A DNA stretch of 64,000 nt from Macrostomum lignano (lineage: Eukaryota). Location: NCBI GenBank assembly GCA_002269645.1, contig NIVC01002263.1, positions 62,001-126,000 on the forward strand. The letters are read 5' to 3'. This document shows, piece after piece, positions 61,250-64,000 of the stretch (position 1 is the stretch's first letter; each line of letters begins with the position of its first letter). The notes under the pieces are model-generated. The model did not search any database and was not told where the DNA came from. It saw only the letters and a list, made by a program, of their open reading frames with translations. A program made the position numbers and the translations under genes.

Positions 61250-62758
61250 TTTGCTCTTGTCATCAGCTGGCGGTGTGTATAGGGACTATTTGCCTTTCAT
61301 AATTGGACTAATGCCAGAAACTGTGACTGGGAGAAACGGTGGCGCATGCTGCAAACGTGTCAGGATGGATCGCATGGCAGCTGAGTGGGGAGAAAAATCC
61401 GCACCGAAATCCGCACCGAAAAAATCTGTGACATTCGCATTGGGAGGCCTATACAGCCTCCTCCCTTTACAAACTCAAATTCGATTCGTAAACCCCAACA
61501 TTCCGTCCACCTACGAGCTAACTCGTAAAATCTCTCGCTTTAAAAGCAGCACTGACCATTGCTATGGCACGCAACCCCGTGTTCTATCAGCTCTATGCAA
61601 GCAATTCATCCATTCAGACTCTTAAATTAAGGCAGCGGACGCACTCGTGTCTTCAGTTTTTGTTATCGTCGATTTTCACTTGCAGCCTTCTCCGCGATAT
61701 TTTTCCTATTGAGTTTGCGAACTTCCTTTCGTCTGCATGGGCTGGTGCCGACTATGGAATCTGGGACACAGACATCTGGCACTGGGAGAGGTCTCGATGG
61801 GAATAATAATCATAGGCACGCGAAGCTATACGATTTTTTTACTACCAGCCGTAAACATTTGCCTGGGAATAATTTATTCATATTTCTGTATTAATGCCAG
61901 TCGCTAAACTCCGATGGAATTCATCGATCCACCAATAAGCAAACAGGCTGCCTACGAGATGCAAGACTTATGGCCGATGTTGCAGCAGGCGAGGTACACC
62001 CTTACTCGTACAGCATGGGGACTAATTGAGCAAGCTGTCACCAGCAGACAGAGCTGCCATGCCGGCCAAGTGATTGCCTGCCCTGCCCAGAGCGTGTTCG
62101 CCAAGAAAATACTCATACTGCACTGCAGCAACCGTTGCAGGCCTCCCGGAAGCAAAAAGCATCAGGTTGATTTGTTCTACATCATCCCCTCCCACTTCTC
62201 CACTGAGCACTTGGTCTATAGGCATGTAAAACCGGCAAAGGAGCAAACTCGCGCTTTCGAACACTCCTTCGCTTTCCAATTCGCTAGAATTATTTAGCAA
62301 CCCAGCCAAGTCAGCCTCACTTAGTTGGCAACTTTCTTCCTGCACTCTGAATGGTTCCAAGAGGGCTATGTTCGCAAGGACCTGTTCCACTGCAAACATT
62401 CAGAGCCAGCTTAATCCTAAGCCTGCTTATTACCTTTGCTAAACTCCGTCTTTCGCAGTTAGCGCGCGACTCTATGAGAGGCAGTTGGACACGAAAATAA
62501 TTCAGCAATTGGTCGATTGGGAAAAAATTTTTGGGCGACTTACTAACGGGAACTCCAACCTGCATTCTTTTCCAGGCCGACGTGCATGAAAGGGACATTG
62601 TGGTTTCACCAACAAAAGCAAACGAAGCATTCATACAAGCTGAATGGCCTATTTATGGTTGGCAATACACTGACAGAGCAATGCGATTCATAGAATCCAT
62701 TAGCTACAGGAGCTGGGACCTGGATCGGGACAGTTGGCGGCTCATTTTGTCGAAATAA
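61250..62758 (+). pseudogene. Probable decayed intronless coding sequence of unknown origin
   Basis: A chain of protein-like plus-strand ORF fragments (61251, 61564, 61914, 62531) linked by in-frame TAG/TAA codons and single frameshifts; no family motif recognised. Confidence 0.4.
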
Positions 62759-63044
62759 AATGGAAGAACATAGATGTGTAATGCATATTCAGCACCCGGC
62801 TCTGCCCAGTCTTAGGTTTGAAACCTCTGTCTGCTGTCTGTACTCGTAGCTGAGGCTTCTTACAAGCCCGGCTTCGTAGCAGTGCCGATTGATGTCAGAT
62901 TTTTGTGGCTATATTGCACACAGCTCTATGCTGCCTGAGTATTTTAATGGAGCTTAGGTCTCTATAAACTCAAGGGCTTCAGACGAAATGAGGAGCTGAG
63001 TGACTGAGCGTTATAGCTGTTAAATAGTTTATCGAATATTTGTC

Positions 63045-63396
<352 letters not shown>

Positions 63397-64000
63397 AGAT
63401 GGCTTTCTGTTTCAATCTTGTCCATCAATCTGAATTTGATTTGATTTAAAAGAAACCATTTAGCCGCAGAATTTCGCACCGCTAGACTGACGCTTCCTCT
63501 GTTTTTCTAGCCGCAACAGGTGGTTTGCTTTTCCTGATCATCTCTCAGCTCGAATTCGGCCGATTCCGACCTGCGGTTCAAAGCCTCTCTGGCCAACTTA
63601 ATTTTGCTTCTTGTCTGCGTATCTTAGAGCTTGGTGGTAGAATTTCACCGAAATTAATGCTAGGCAAGATTGCTCGTGCGCTCATGGTTTCAGAATTTCA
63701 CAGCCTCGTGTTAGCGCCTTCTTCAATGGATGACAGGCAGGTACTCCTTGGGCATGATTAGTAACATTATCCAGCCACTTGATGCAATCGCAGTAACAAA
63801 CGAAAGAGAATCAAATTGCAACAGAGAGATCTGAGAGCGCAGAAACCCTAAGGCGAGATAATTTGAATTTGACTCCCTGCTCACAACGCTTGTTTTTCGA
63901 CTTAATCCTAATCTTCTCCCCATAGCTACGCGGAACGATTTTTATGCTAAAAAAATCCTCAGCCGGAGATAAGGCGACCAAACTCCGCCTCTCATCTCCG

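Overview
Eukaryotic (metazoan) genomic DNA, not prokaryotic: GT-AG introns, GC-rich coding exons, AT-rich spacers, and roughly a quarter of the window in tandem repeats. The style (GC-rich codons, poly-Ala/Gln exons, heavy minisatellite load) suggests a free-living flatworm such as Macrostomum, but that is inference only. Four protein-coding genes were reconstructed by hand with splice phases checked, all on the minus strand: (1) a KDM3/JMJD1C-like histone demethylase (4 exons seen, continues off the left edge); (2) an unidentified ~1100-aa Leu/Ala-rich helical-repeat-like protein (5 exons); (3) a 339-aa ankyrin repeat + SOCS box protein (2 exons); (4) mitochondrial Hsp60 (4 exons, 580 aa). 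Genes 1 and 2 each need one extra base in a C4 run to stay in frame. Also present: more than 20 distinct mini/microsatellite arrays, mostly inside introns and close to splice sites; at least six hAT-type MITE copies (five with 8-bp TSDs) in three TIR families; a decayed piggyBac transposase; and an unidentified decayed plus-strand ORF near the right end. Most long ORFs in the supplied track are repeat artefacts. No rRNA, intact tRNA, CRISPR array or clearly new enzymatic system was found; the most unusual signals are in repeat, intron and MITE architecture and in two unidentified coding regions.
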